This document shows, piece by piece, positions 48,565-58,653 of a DNA stretch of 64,000 nt (position 1 is its first letter; each line of letters opens with the position of its first letter). The notes beneath the pieces were generated by a model, which saw only the letters and a program-made list of their open reading frames with translations, was not told the DNA's origin and searched no databases. The stretch is from an uncultured archaeon. GTDB taxonomy: Archaea > Asgardarchaeota > Thorarchaeia > Thorarchaeales > Thorarchaeaceae. The stretch spans positions 125,568 through 189,567 of the forward strand of contig CAZLEV010000001.1 in assembly GCA_964558645.1 (NCBI GenBank). Direction: 5' to 3'. The translations under genes were made by a program, and so were the position numbers.

Positions 48565-50559
48565 TTGGACGAAAGTGATCGGGTGCCAAAACGCACTAGG
48601 GGTACTGCTATCCTAGTCATGACCCTGATACTTGTCAGCGTCACTGTAGGCGTCTATTTCGTGGGTCCAAGAAATGGCCTTGAAACGAAACTTCCGGTTC
48701 GAGTTGCTGTTATTGATTCTGGAATAAGTCCTGACTCCGAGCTAGAACAGCGTATCGTCGCTGAGAGGAGTTTCATCCAAGAGGGGTATGGCTATGACGT
48801 AACGGATAACACCACCGCCGATAGTACTCCCTCTGGGATCCAGCATGGGACCATTGTGTCTCGGATAATCATAGAGAATAGCGAGAATGCTATGATAGTC
48901 AACGCGAAAGTGGTGACTGGTGAGAATCAGGCCACGGTTACTGCAATTGTCGATGCGATTCGTTGGGCCGTTGAAGAGAACTGCTCCGTGATCAATCTCA
49001 GTCTTGGCGGGACACCAACAAGCCATGATCTTGTCGGAGAGGCAGCAGTATGGGCTTTCAATCAGGGTGTAGTGGTTGTGGCTGCCGCAGGTAACAACGG
49101 TCAAGGAGGGGTGGCTGGCAGCTCAATCGAAACTCCAGCGGTGCGTTCTGAAGTTATAGCTGTGGGTGCTGTTGATGAGAATCTGCAACCATTCGCCTTC
49201 TCCGGAAGAGGCCCCTTGAGGAATGGTCTCGTCAAACCTGACATAGTAGCTCCTGGGTATTACAACGATGCAGGAGGAACCGTGTTTGGGACGAGTTTCG
49301 CGGCACCCAGAGTTGCAGCCGCTGCCGCAACAATAGTCGCACTCTGTCAGGAAAACGGCTGGAGATGGACACCAGGAATGTTGAAGGCTCTTCTTCTGGC
49401 TAGCAGCAAGAATCTCTCATCTCAGGTATATGAAGTTGGGTCTGGGCTGGTTGATGCTGAAGCTGCCGAGATGTATCTCCAGAATGTTCCGAAAAGGGAA
49501 GGACTCCCACTGGTCGCTTGGATGATGCCAACATCAGCACCTTACGATTTTGAACGCTGGTTTGTTAATTCAACGAATAGAGTAGCATTGTCCGTATATA
49601 CAAGCAGTAATGATACTTGGTTCATTACCTATTCTGGAAGTGGTTCTCACCATGTCCGCGGGCCGGGTATAATAGAGGTCAATCAGACCAGTTCTCTTGA
49701 TGTCAAGGTTCATGTCATATCCGAGCGCCGGGTTGAGGATGTCCGAATTCAGATCACCCTAAGTTCGCCTGACTATCGACACATGCGTTGTAGTCTTCAG
49801 TTTCAAGCAGAGGTGTCGATCGCGAAGATTGCATTTGATGTGAGTCACACTCCTTGGTCTATCGACTCCGTATACGGTCAGTTCAGAGAGTTCTATGAGA
49901 TTGCCACGGATGTCGGGATTGCTGTAGAAGAGATTGTTTGGCCATCCAATATCACGTTACCGCTTCTCTTGGAGTATGATGCGGTAGTAATCCTCGATCC
50001 TTGTGCGTATGACGCACATTATCTGAATGACACGCTGGTTCGAGATTTTCGAAGATACACGTCGACGGAGATAATTGCATATAGAGAATACTGGGAATCG
50101 GGCAGAGGGCTTTTCATTGTGGGAATGGCAAATGACAGCATACATCTCTCAGCCGCAAATGCTCTACTCTCGCAATTTGGAATGGTTTTCAACTATGATA
50201 GACTCCCACAGATTCGAATGGCCATTAGCAATGTGGAATCGACACTTTCCATAGACAAGTTCATGGAGCACCCCGTGACCCAAGGCATTGATTCAATTGA
50301 CTATTCCGGGTGTTCAATCAATGTCATAGGTGATGCATTCCCCTTGGCATGGACAACGGTGCGTGTCGAGAATGGGCCATTAGGTCAACACGAGAATCGT
50401 ACTGTAATTGCAGGACTCTCAGGTGAAGATGGTGCACGCCTGATATGCAGCGGCAGCAACTACTTCGTAGATAACTGGGCCCTCTTGGGGAGATACTCAT
50501 CCGACAAGAATTCCAAGTTTGTGAGACAGATACTCTTTTGGCTTATCGGCTTAATCTAG
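48565..50559 (+). CDS. Membrane-anchored S8 subtilase with C-terminal GATase-like domain
   Basis: TM, VIDSG, HGT, AAGN, GTSFAAP; FDVSH..YDAVVILDP..GRGLFIVG. Confidence 0.85.
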   Translation: MDESDRVPKRTRGTAILVMTLILVSVTVGVYFVGPRNGLETKLPVRVAVIDSGISPDSELEQRIVAERSFIQEGYGYDVTDNTTADSTPSGIQHGTIVSRIIIENSENAMIVNAKVVTGENQATVTAIVDAIRWAVEENCSVINLSLGGTPTSHDLVGEAAVWAFNQGVVVVAAAGNNGQGGVAGSSIETPAVRSEVIAVGAVDENLQPFAFSGRGPLRNGLVKPDIVAPGYYNDAGGTVFGTSFAAPRVAAAAATIVALCQENGWRWTPGMLKALLLASSKNLSSQVYEVGSGLVDAEAAEMYLQNVPKREGLPLVAWMMPTSAPYDFERWFVNSTNRVALSVYTSSNDTWFITYSGSGSHHVRGPGIIEVNQTSSLDVKVHVISERRVEDVRIQITLSSPDYRHMRCSLQFQAEVSIAKIAFDVSHTPWSIDSVYGQFREFYEIATDVGIAVEEIVWPSNITLPLLLEYDAVVILDPCAYDAHYLNDTLVRDFRRYTSTEIIAYREYWESGRGLFIVGMANDSIHLSAANALLSQFGMVFNYDRLPQIRMAISNVESTLSIDKFMEHPVTQGIDSIDYSGCSINVIGDAFPLAWTTVRVENGPLGQHENRTVIAGLSGEDGARLICSGSNYFVDNWALLGRYSSDKNSKFVRQILFWLIGLI

Positions 50560-50561
50560 AG

Positions 50562-50945
50562 CTACAACATGGGTCCGATCTTCTCGCATGCCGTCTTCGC
50601 AGCATACACAAGCAATCCCGTCTTCATGTCCTTGCGGGCAGCGAGAACCAGGATTGCCTTCTCTCCCGCACTCTTTAGTATCATCAGACCATGTTCGTTG
50701 GTCAGAAGGATCTCTTCGAGTAACCCTTGATCCATTCTCTCCGCGGCGAGGTCTGCTACTCCAAGTATTGATGCCGCCATGGCCGCTATCTCTGCCTCCT
50801 CTAGTCCTTGAGGAACAGCTGATGCGATAGGAAGTCCTTCTTTGGAGAGAAGCATCCATGCCCGAACCCCGGTAGCCAGTGCTGTCGCCTCTTCCATAAT
50901 CTCTCTGAGATTGACCTGAAGCTGCTCAAAATTGGCGTCGAACAT
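50562..50945 (-). CDS. Roadblock/LC7-domain protein
   Basis: LLSKEGLPIAS..IAAMAASIL..G.LEEILL....G..IL..AG..AILVL. Confidence 0.9.
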   Translation of the reverse strand: MFDANFEQLQVNLREIMEEATALATGVRAWMLLSKEGLPIASAVPQGLEEAEIAAMAASILGVADLAAERMDQGLLEEILLTNEHGLMILKSAGEKAILVLAARKDMKTGLLVYAAKTACEKIGPML

Positions 50946-51087
50946 AGCGGCCACTCCCTATGGTGTCTTAGGTTGTGTTTCCTGTTTGGAAGATGCGCAT
51001 TAATAAAGTTATACTGGTCATGATTGATATGTGCTGTTTCAAGTAACACTAACGTGTTACTGACTTGAATCAAATCGGGTTAAGACT

Positions 51088-51720
51088 ATGAAAAGGCAGG
51101 TTGATCTCACCTTCGAATCCTCCAATCGAAAAGGTATCGATTGGAAACCTGGCGCCAGAGCTTTAGGGATAGCTGAGAGTTTTCACAAGAGCGACGAAAG
51201 GAGTGTAGTGGCTGGCGTTGTGATGAGGGGGGATTTGAAGATTGATGGCGCCGGTTTCTGTTGGCCTAAGATTGGTGGCACGGATGCAACAGCCGAAATC
51301 CTCTCTATGTACTGTCGTCTGTCTAGGAGTGACGTCAGGGCTATTATTATCGGTGGAACAGTGATTTCGTGGTTCAATATCGTGGACTTACAACAGCTTC
51401 ACGATGAAACTGGAGTGCCGGTTGTCAGTGTATCTTATGAGGAGTCCAAAGGAATCAAGCAGTATCTTGAGGAGTATTTCCCCTCTGATTGGATGAGAAG
51501 GCACGAAATACTCTTACGAAATGGCAAGCGCTCTGAAATCGTCTTGGACAACGGTCTTCGGGTGTTTGTCAACACCAGTGGAATCAGGATTCAGGACGCA
51601 AAAGCTCTCCTGAACCTCTTCAGTCATCAAGGGAAGGCGCCCGAGCCCGTTCGTGTGGCCGGAGTGGTTGCCGCCTCATTGCGACGCGATTCTTCAGAAA
51701 AATCGAAGGGATTGGACTAG
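51088..51720 (+). CDS. DUF99 (endonuclease V-like/EndoDU) protein
   Basis: LGIAESF, GGTDAT, ISWFNIVD, PEPVRVA. Confidence 0.85.
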   Translation: MKRQVDLTFESSNRKGIDWKPGARALGIAESFHKSDERSVVAGVVMRGDLKIDGAGFCWPKIGGTDATAEILSMYCRLSRSDVRAIIIGGTVISWFNIVDLQQLHDETGVPVVSVSYEESKGIKQYLEEYFPSDWMRRHEILLRNGKRSEIVLDNGLRVFVNTSGIRIQDAKALLNLFSHQGKAPEPVRVAGVVAASLRRDSSEKSKGLD

Positions 51721-51721
51721 T

Positions 51722-52324
51722 CTAATCAGGACTGCTTGCTATTCTTTGTGCTAGACGAGTGGCGCTGGGGATGTTGACTTCTCTGATTCTTGCGAGAGCG
51801 GAAGAGATGAAGGGTTGAACAATCCCAAGCTCAATTCCAATCCTATTGAGCCACATTGCATGATTCATCATGTCCAAAAGATCTGCGGCGTGAACAATTC
51901 TTGCCTCAAGAGTTTCTATCTGCTGCATCTCGAGATGTAGCTCGAGCATGTCATCTCCCAAGTGCTCTTGTCTAGTGAAGATGTGCTTCATTGCCTCTCG
52001 TTCAGCCTCTTTCTTGATATCACCTGTAAGGACCTTGGAATCCTGTACAGCACTTCGAGGAATATCTGACGTCAGACTCTCCCCCAAGTCATGGATTATC
52101 GCCATTGCAAGAGCCTTCTCAACATCCACGTCCTGACCTTTCTCTCTCAACTCAAGTGAGAGCAAGAGGGCAAAGACACTCGTCCCCCAAGAATGCTCTG
52201 CAATCGACTCTCCTAGGGTCTTGGGTACTCCCGAGAGTTGCCATCCTGTTCTACTCAGCTGCTTAAGTCTTTCAATGTACGATGGAACCATTATGCCGTT
52301 CTTGTCGTTCATCGAGAACACCAC
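51722..52324 (-). CDS. HD-domain nucleotidase (YfbR/HDDC2-like)
   Basis: LK..RTGW, ESIAEHS, HDLGE..SDIP, ADLLD. Confidence 0.88.
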   Translation of the reverse strand: MVFSMNDKNGIMVPSYIERLKQLSRTGWQLSGVPKTLGESIAEHSWGTSVFALLLSLELREKGQDVDVEKALAMAIIHDLGESLTSDIPRSAVQDSKVLTGDIKKEAEREAMKHIFTRQEHLGDDMLELHLEMQQIETLEARIVHAADLLDMMNHAMWLNRIGIELGIVQPFISSALARIREVNIPSATRLAQRIASSPD

Positions 52325-52338
52325 TCAGAAAGAAATAG

Positions 52339-52365
52339 GAAGAGTGGGGCCTAAAGGCCCCTCTT
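52339..52365 (-). terminator. Putative terminator of the BMP gene
   Basis: AAGAG-TGGGGCC-TAAA-GGCCC-CTCTT hairpin then a T-rich run on the minus strand. Confidence 0.45.
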
Positions 52366-52377
52366 AACTCCGGAGTT

Positions 52378-53463
52378 CTACACTTCCACTGTGATTTCGC
52401 CTGTAGCTATATCAATTCTGTAATCCTTGACAACCTGGATTATGCTGGCTGGGACATAGGTCGCATATACAAAATCTGTGAGATTCACTCCACCATTAGC
52501 CACATTGTATTCCAGCACTTCTCCACCCTGGAAATCATTCCAGAGTGTCGCATTCAGAATCTGGTAGACTGCGAGATCGGTACGTGGAACCACGCTTGTT
52601 GGGATCATGCTTCCCCATTCTCCAGAGGAGAGGACTTCGGGGTCCGGATTGCCATAGTAGTCTTGGTTTCCTTCAGCTGCTATGACCATCGGTCTACGTT
52701 CTCCTGCGAATGTGGCATTCGCAGTCAGTAAGCCCTGCCTCACTCCCACGATGGCTGCTCTGACCGGTGCAAAGATCAGCGACACACCCTCCGAACCAAG
52801 GAACAGTGTTTCAGTATACTGCTTTGCAAGCTCAGTTCTGTTGTATCCTCCAAGGAAGATAGGGTCTCTTATCGTCACCTCTAGGCCGAAGGTTTGATTT
52901 GCTTCTTGGACACCCATTATGAAGCCACTAATCATGTCCTGTACGGAGTTATCTGACTCTAGTGAAGCCAAGATGCCAATTCTACCATTATACAAGGGCT
53001 CGGACACTTGCAGAGCGGCAAAGATGCCTGCTAGGTATGCACCCTCTTCTACGGCGAACGTAGCCGACGCAACATTGTCCAAATCAACCTGTCCACCTAT
53101 AATAGCGAATTGCTGTTGGGTGTATTGCTGAGCCGCAGCAGCAAGCTCTTCCACCATTCGTTGTCCAAGGACGACTATCAGTTCATAGATTCCTGTTGCA
53201 GCCAGGCTCTTCAGCGTCTGCTCGGCTTCGGCCTCTGTTGTGACAATCTCGTCGTACGCGACATTGATGTCACCTGCAAGAAGTCCCAGACCTTCCTCAA
53301 GCTGGTCTGCATAGCTCCTGTCACCGAATCCGGGTTCAAGGACTACCACCGCCACTTGTGATGGCTCATACTGGTTGGTTCCGTAGAGAACCACAGCGAC
53401 TGAGCCAAAGATGATTATTGTTATTATCAATGACGTGATTATGCTCGATCGAGAGCTCACCAT
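52378..53463 (-). CDS. BMP-family (nucleoside) substrate-binding protein
   Basis: N-terminal anchor, GFGDRSY, NVASATFAVEEGAYLAG. Confidence 0.8.
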   Translation of the reverse strand: MVSSRSSIITSLIITIIIFGSVAVVLYGTNQYEPSQVAVVVLEPGFGDRSYADQLEEGLGLLAGDINVAYDEIVTTEAEAEQTLKSLAATGIYELIVVLGQRMVEELAAAAQQYTQQQFAIIGGQVDLDNVASATFAVEEGAYLAGIFAALQVSEPLYNGRIGILASLESDNSVQDMISGFIMGVQEANQTFGLEVTIRDPIFLGGYNRTELAKQYTETLFLGSEGVSLIFAPVRAAIVGVRQGLLTANATFAGERRPMVIAAEGNQDYYGNPDPEVLSSGEWGSMIPTSVVPRTDLAVYQILNATLWNDFQGGEVLEYNVANGGVNLTDFVYATYVPASIIQVVKDYRIDIATGEITVEV

Positions 53464-53649
53464 AATTCCTCCAGAGTCAATATTGGGATTTCGCTCGGTG
53501 GCTGATTTAAATATGTCGTTCTCAGCTTGAATGTAGAGCAACTCTGTGGAATATCTTTGAGCAGTTGAACCTTTCTGACGACTTTGAGCTTCTAACCAGA
53601 GTTATAAATATGTGAATATGTTCTTGATGTACATTGGAAACGGAAGTGT

Positions 53650-54372
53650 TTGAGTATGGCGGGAGACATGCTTGCCAAGGTCGCGGATTTGCTGGAGGAG
53701 ACTCTGCAAGTGCACAAAGCAGTGAAGAATGCTGTGCTATGCACCCGCGAAGGGGTTGTTGTTGCTGCCGTTTCGAAACATGAAGACATAGACCCGCGTC
53801 TCCTCGCCACGGTGTCCGCAGCTCTTGCCTGGGCTGGGAACAGTGCTCTTGGGCATATTGACCAGTCAACTCCAAGTCATCTCATTCACTCGACGAGAAT
53901 TGAGAATATACTAACCATTCTTCAACCACACTATCAGTTGGTTGTGGTCGTAACGAAAGGCAACGACCTCAGTTTTGATATCAGTAAGCACCTTCCAGAG
54001 CTTCAGTCGCTTGCCACACGGATAGAGCTGCTGATGAGTTCACATAGCGAGTTCAGCAGAGAAACGCTTCTTGGCAATATTGTGGAGGCCATCCCCGAAA
54101 TCACTCAGGTTATGCTACTAACACTCGATGGCTTACCTCTCGGGTCGGTGGGCTTTGATGATGAAGTTGAGATTGCCGGGCTGATTGGCTCAATCTTTGC
54201 CAACGGTCTGACCTTCTCAGACAGCACTGAATACATCTTTGTGAACTCCGAGAAGACAGACTTCCTAGTGTATCAAGTTGACGAGAAGCGACTGCTGGCT
54301 GTGGTCTGCCATGGCCCCCATCCTGATAATCTGGCACGGAAAGTCCTCGACTTGGTCGAACAGATTGTCTAG
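53650..54372 (+). CDS. Tandem double roadblock/LC7 protein
   Basis: AVLCTREGVVVA..LATVSAAL and MLLTLDGLPLG..IAGLIGSI. Confidence 0.75.
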   Translation: MSMAGDMLAKVADLLEETLQVHKAVKNAVLCTREGVVVAAVSKHEDIDPRLLATVSAALAWAGNSALGHIDQSTPSHLIHSTRIENILTILQPHYQLVVVVTKGNDLSFDISKHLPELQSLATRIELLMSSHSEFSRETLLGNIVEAIPEITQVMLLTLDGLPLGSVGFDDEVEIAGLIGSIFANGLTFSDSTEYIFVNSEKTDFLVYQVDEKRLLAVVCHGPHPDNLARKVLDLVEQIV

Positions 54373-55073
54373 GCGCCCTCTGCCTTGATTTCCTCGGTCG
54401 CTCTGCTCGTGATGGTTTCGTCGTCCAGGAACTCAAATTCCCATTCTGTCAGGTTGATCGTGATAAAACAGTCCTTCCCCCTCTCAGGGCAATCGATACG
54501 GATGGTAACACGTTCTGATGTCTTCTCCTTGATCTCAGGATTCAGACATCCCTCCTCAAGCTTATCCATGAGAAAGATGACGAATGCCTCTGTTATCGTG
54601 TTGAGACTTCCAGCAAGAAGGGCCTCTCCGAGTCCAGCAAGATAGTGCCTCTTCTTCCTTCCCTGTCGCTCAACTCTTACAAGTCCCACCTCTATCATTT
54701 TGTCAACATGCCATCTGATTGTATCGTGGTGCACGCCCAGTCCCTCTGCAAGCTGCTCCTGATAACAGCCTGGATTGTTAACAATGTGGGTGAATATTTG
54801 CTGAGCTGTTTCACTACGCATGGTCAGATATGCCATTTCCGCCTCTTGAGAGCGAAGCATCTTCGGGTAATAGAGACGCTTTCCGGCGAATTTAGTGGAT
54901 TTGATGAGTCCTTCTCTTTGCAGCATCCTCAAATGCCACGTCAATGTGCCCAGAGGAGACTCAAGAAGGTTCACGAGTTCAAGAAGATAGGTCCCAGGGT
55001 TTTCACAAAGCACCTGATACAGATCCTTCCTGAACGGATGCAGAAGCAATGATAATCTTTTTCCTCTTCCCAT
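54369..55073 (-). CDS. Double winged-helix transcriptional regulator
   Basis: Two NPG...EL/QL...WH..L/M...GL[IV] wHTH units. Confidence 0.8.
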   Translation of the reverse strand: MGRGKRLSLLLHPFRKDLYQVLCENPGTYLLELVNLLESPLGTLTWHLRMLQREGLIKSTKFAGKRLYYPKMLRSQEAEMAYLTMRSETAQQIFTHIVNNPGCYQEQLAEGLGVHHDTIRWHVDKMIEVGLVRVERQGRKKRHYLAGLGEALLAGSLNTITEAFVIFLMDKLEEGCLNPEIKEKTSERVTIRIDCPERGKDCFITINLTEWEFEFLDDETITSRATEEIKAEGA

Positions 55074-55215
55074 CGCTTGCTCCTATTGTGATGTCTCGAA
55101 AGAGCGATAAAAGGGCTTCGCCAAGCAGTGAAGACAATACTTTGTACATAGAACACTTTATTATCGGAAGTTCACGGGTTCATCTGCTCATCGAACACAT
55201 ATCAGAGGGACCGAT

Positions 55216-57048
55216 TTGTGCGGGATTACCGGTATCGTTAGTAAGAATCGAGAAAACATAGGCGAACTACTCGTGAAGTGTAGCCGAAAACTCACTTACC
55301 GCGGTTATGACTCTGTTGGTGTTGCAGCTGTCAAAGATGGAAAAGTCGATCTTCGTAAGGATGTTGGAACGATTGATGTGGTTGACAGACAGTTGAACCT
55401 GTCAGCGATGCGGGGGGACAGGGGGATTGCTCAACTAAGATGGGCCACGTATGGTGCTCCCACCAAGGTAAATGCCCAACCACATTATGGTTGCACAGAG
55501 GTCTTCTATGGGGCTCATAACGGCAATCTTCACAACTACGCAGAATACAGGGCTCAGCTCGTTGAAGCAGGACACATCGTAAGATCGGAGAATGATGGTG
55601 AGCTCTGTGTGCATGCTGTAGACAAGTATTATGAACAGACCGGTGACATGTTCGAGGCAGTAAGGCTTTCAACTCGTGATTTGAAGGGTGCTTTCGCTTA
55701 CGCTGTAGGCAGGGCTGATGAACCCGAAATCTATGCGGTCAAGATGGGGTCTTCTCTCGTTGCTGGAGTTGCTGGAAGTGACACGATAGTTTCTAGTGAC
55801 CTCCCCTCAATACTTCCTCTGACGAACCGTGTTGTCTACCTTCAAGATGGCGAAATGGTCGTCTTGACCCCTGATGACGTAAGAGTCTATCGAGTTGAAG
55901 ACGGGAAGCATCTGGATCGTGTACCACAAATCAGCAATGTTGATGCCCATGCAGCTGAGAAGGGCGGATACCCTCATTTCATGCTCAAGGAGATTAATGA
56001 GCAGCCTACAGTCGCTCAGGATGTGGTAGGAGTACTGTGTGGCAAAGAGTGCGATAACTGGCTTAAGATGATAGGGGATTCCTCGAAAAAATACCTCGTT
56101 GCCTGTGGTTCTTCCTATAATGCGGGCGTAGTTGGCACCTACTACTTCAACCGCCTTGCGGGTGTTTCTGTGACTCCCGTTATTGGCGGCCAGTTTGAGC
56201 CAATGTACGGAGAAACTCTCGATGAGGACACTCTCTGCATGCTCGTATCTCAGAGTGGAGAAACCAAAGATATCATGAATATCTTGAACCTTGTGAAAGA
56301 CAGCAAAAAGGGCAATACACTGGGAGTTGTAAATGTAATTGGTAGCACGCTGATGTTTCAGGCTGATGACTATGTTCCAATGGCATGTGGATATGAAGTA
56401 TCGGTTCCTGCCACGAAGACATACTTCTCGCAGACGGTCATCTTTGCCTACCTTGCTGCGAAACTGGGGGAGAGGAATGGATTCCTTGATCCGTCCGAGT
56501 CGAAGAGATTCATTACTCTTCTTGAGAACGAACTTCCCACATTGACTCAGAAGACGATTGACAAGACCGGAATACTCACAAAGAATCTAGCCCGCACCCT
56601 GCTTGATGTAAAGGATCTGTATTGCCTAGGCTACGGTTTCACTGACGGTGTTGCACGTGAAGGAGCTTTGAAGATTAAGGAAATCTGTTACAATCACTGT
56701 GAAGGCATGTACTCATCAGAGTTCAAGCATGGTCCCCTTAGCATAGTCACAGAGGGATATCCCGTCATCTTTGTCACCACACCCCAGGACAGTTGGATGG
56801 TCATCAACCATATCAACGAAGTCAAAGCAAGACACGGTCGAACGATTGTCGTGGGGGAGTTTGAGGATTCTCTGAATCATTACGTGGATGACATCACCGA
56901 CTACCTTGTTGTTCCCAAATCGGATGTCCTTTTGAATCCCCTGCTCGATGTGATTCCACTTCAGATGCTAAGCTATTATCTCTCCGTTGACTTGGGCATC
57001 AATCCCGACTTGCCAAGGAATCTGTCAAAAACCCTAACTGTCGATTAG
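55216..57048 (+). CDS. glmS: Glutamine-fructose-6-phosphate aminotransferase
   Basis: MCGI start, YRGYDS, SQSGET, EGALKIKE, EFKHGP, PRNLSK. Confidence 0.93.
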   Translation: MCGITGIVSKNRENIGELLVKCSRKLTYRGYDSVGVAAVKDGKVDLRKDVGTIDVVDRQLNLSAMRGDRGIAQLRWATYGAPTKVNAQPHYGCTEVFYGAHNGNLHNYAEYRAQLVEAGHIVRSENDGELCVHAVDKYYEQTGDMFEAVRLSTRDLKGAFAYAVGRADEPEIYAVKMGSSLVAGVAGSDTIVSSDLPSILPLTNRVVYLQDGEMVVLTPDDVRVYRVEDGKHLDRVPQISNVDAHAAEKGGYPHFMLKEINEQPTVAQDVVGVLCGKECDNWLKMIGDSSKKYLVACGSSYNAGVVGTYYFNRLAGVSVTPVIGGQFEPMYGETLDEDTLCMLVSQSGETKDIMNILNLVKDSKKGNTLGVVNVIGSTLMFQADDYVPMACGYEVSVPATKTYFSQTVIFAYLAAKLGERNGFLDPSESKRFITLLENELPTLTQKTIDKTGILTKNLARTLLDVKDLYCLGYGFTDGVAREGALKIKEICYNHCEGMYSSEFKHGPLSIVTEGYPVIFVTTPQDSWMVINHINEVKARHGRTIVVGEFEDSLNHYVDDITDYLVVPKSDVLLNPLLDVIPLQMLSYYLSVDLGINPDLPRNLSKTLTVD

Positions 57049-57431
57049 TCCTTGTCGCCGGTTTCTCCGATTCGTATTGCTCGCATAGCGTACGACGTGA
57101 CATTCCCAGCATCGAAGCCTTCTCTGATGTTGCCGAGATCCTCGTCTTCCACCTCGAGCACCGCTATCAGTTCATTCTCATCAGCCAGAACCCATTGACC
57201 GTAGAGACTCACTCCCTCTTTCGTTTCACACTCAAGCAAACCCACGGTGCCTGAGCTGGACCACCAACTCAGACAATTCGTCTGGAGTCCAATGTCCTCA
57301 AGAAAGCCAAGCCAAAGTTCTTTCAACCGTGTGGGGCCGTGTTTGTTTCGAAAGCTGATTACATAGTTACCTGGCTTCTTGTTAATCGAGTGTGATATTC
57401 TGTGAACTTCTGAGCTTGAGAAGAGCTTCAT
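57045..57431 (-). CDS. Hypothetical protein
   Basis: 128-aa ORF filling the gap; no motif recognised. Confidence 0.5.
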   Translation of the reverse strand: MKLFSSSEVHRISHSINKKPGNYVISFRNKHGPTRLKELWLGFLEDIGLQTNCLSWWSSSGTVGLLECETKEGVSLYGQWVLADENELIAVLEVEDEDLGNIREGFDAGNVTSYAMRAIRIGETGDKD

Positions 57432-57525
57432 CTTAAACCACGTAGAGGTTGACCCAACCTGTTAAAAGCGGCACGCTATGGTTGTAGCACACATACACTC
57501 ATGAAAACCAGAAAGTGAGCTTCAG

Positions 57526-58425
57526 ATGCTTTCAGAATCAAGCTCAGAGATTGGCCTATTCTCGTCAGACCCCACGTCCCGAAGGGTCGCCTCACTTGAG
57601 GCATCCTTTGCTGAACTGGGAATACAGACCATGCGAGTCCTTCCCTGGAAAGTGATGCGACGGCTGTCTTCTGACTCTCATAGGCTGATATCTGAAGGAG
57701 AAGACTTGGGCAATCTAAGAAGAGTGCTTGTCTTAGATCTTGGTGGAATGGATATTGGAACATTCTTTCATCGTGTTGGAATCTTGTCAGCTATGCAGGA
57801 TCTGGATATCGAAATCATCAATTCTGTCTGGTCCATACTACAGATGAGAAACAAAGCTGAGTGCATGAGGCGTCTGGTTTCAGCGGGACTACCTGTTCCC
57901 GATACTCTGATAACAGAGTCCATTGAGGAGGCGGCCAGATTCGTGCTTGAGAGGAACCCCTGTGTACTGAAACCTCTGGTTGGATTTGGTGGGGTCGGTG
58001 TTCAATTGATAAGTGATCCCTTCGACCTCGAGAACATTTACGATTACTTGAAGTTTCACAGTCAGCTCTTCGGACGGGGTGCTTTTCTACTACAAGAATT
58101 AGTTTCCAGTCCGGGCTTTGATATTAGGGCATTGGTCCTCGAGGGCGAAGTGATAGCAACGATGCAGAGGCATTCTCAGGACGGGATAATCACCAATATT
58201 CATGCGGGCGGAGTGGCGAGACCAAATGACATCGATGTTGAAGACTTAGCTCTACAAGCTTCTCGTTGTGTGAGGGGGCGTTTTGTTGGTGTGGACATCA
58301 TCCCTAGCAGTGATGGGGATCTCTACGTCCTTGAAGTCAACGCAACTCCTGGCTGGGCTGGTATCCAGAGTGTTACTGATCTTGACATATCTGCACGAAT
58401 AGCCCAGACATTCGCCCTTCCCTGA
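57526..58425 (+). CDS. RimK/LysX-family ATP-grasp ligase
   Basis: NKAE, P.VLKPL.G.GG.GV, DIRA, TNIHAGG, GVDI, EVNATPG. Confidence 0.88.
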   Translation: MLSESSSEIGLFSSDPTSRRVASLEASFAELGIQTMRVLPWKVMRRLSSDSHRLISEGEDLGNLRRVLVLDLGGMDIGTFFHRVGILSAMQDLDIEIINSVWSILQMRNKAECMRRLVSAGLPVPDTLITESIEEAARFVLERNPCVLKPLVGFGGVGVQLISDPFDLENIYDYLKFHSQLFGRGAFLLQELVSSPGFDIRALVLEGEVIATMQRHSQDGIITNIHAGGVARPNDIDVEDLALQASRCVRGRFVGVDIIPSSDGDLYVLEVNATPGWAGIQSVTDLDISARIAQTFALP

Positions 58426-58565
58426 TTCGTGATCCAATGCTCTCCGTTTTTCTTTCTAGAACACACGGGACCAATCGGGCTCAAATCTGGCTCCCTAGGG
58501 CCTCAGCTGCCTCCTCTGATGTGTTCTCATGGATACACTTTTAAGACGACAATTCGGGCGATGCA

Positions 58566-58645
58566 TTACAGAACGACCCTTCTTAACGAGGGGAAGAGAA
58601 ATCCGTCTTGCGAAAGCAAGGCCTGTAAAACGAAGTTCTGAGGTA
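58566..58645 (+). promoter_or_regulatory. Structured 5' leader
   Basis: Two hairpins (one with a GAAA tetraloop) and two alternative closing helices next to the SD. Confidence 0.45.
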
Positions 58646-58653
58646 TAGTAGTC

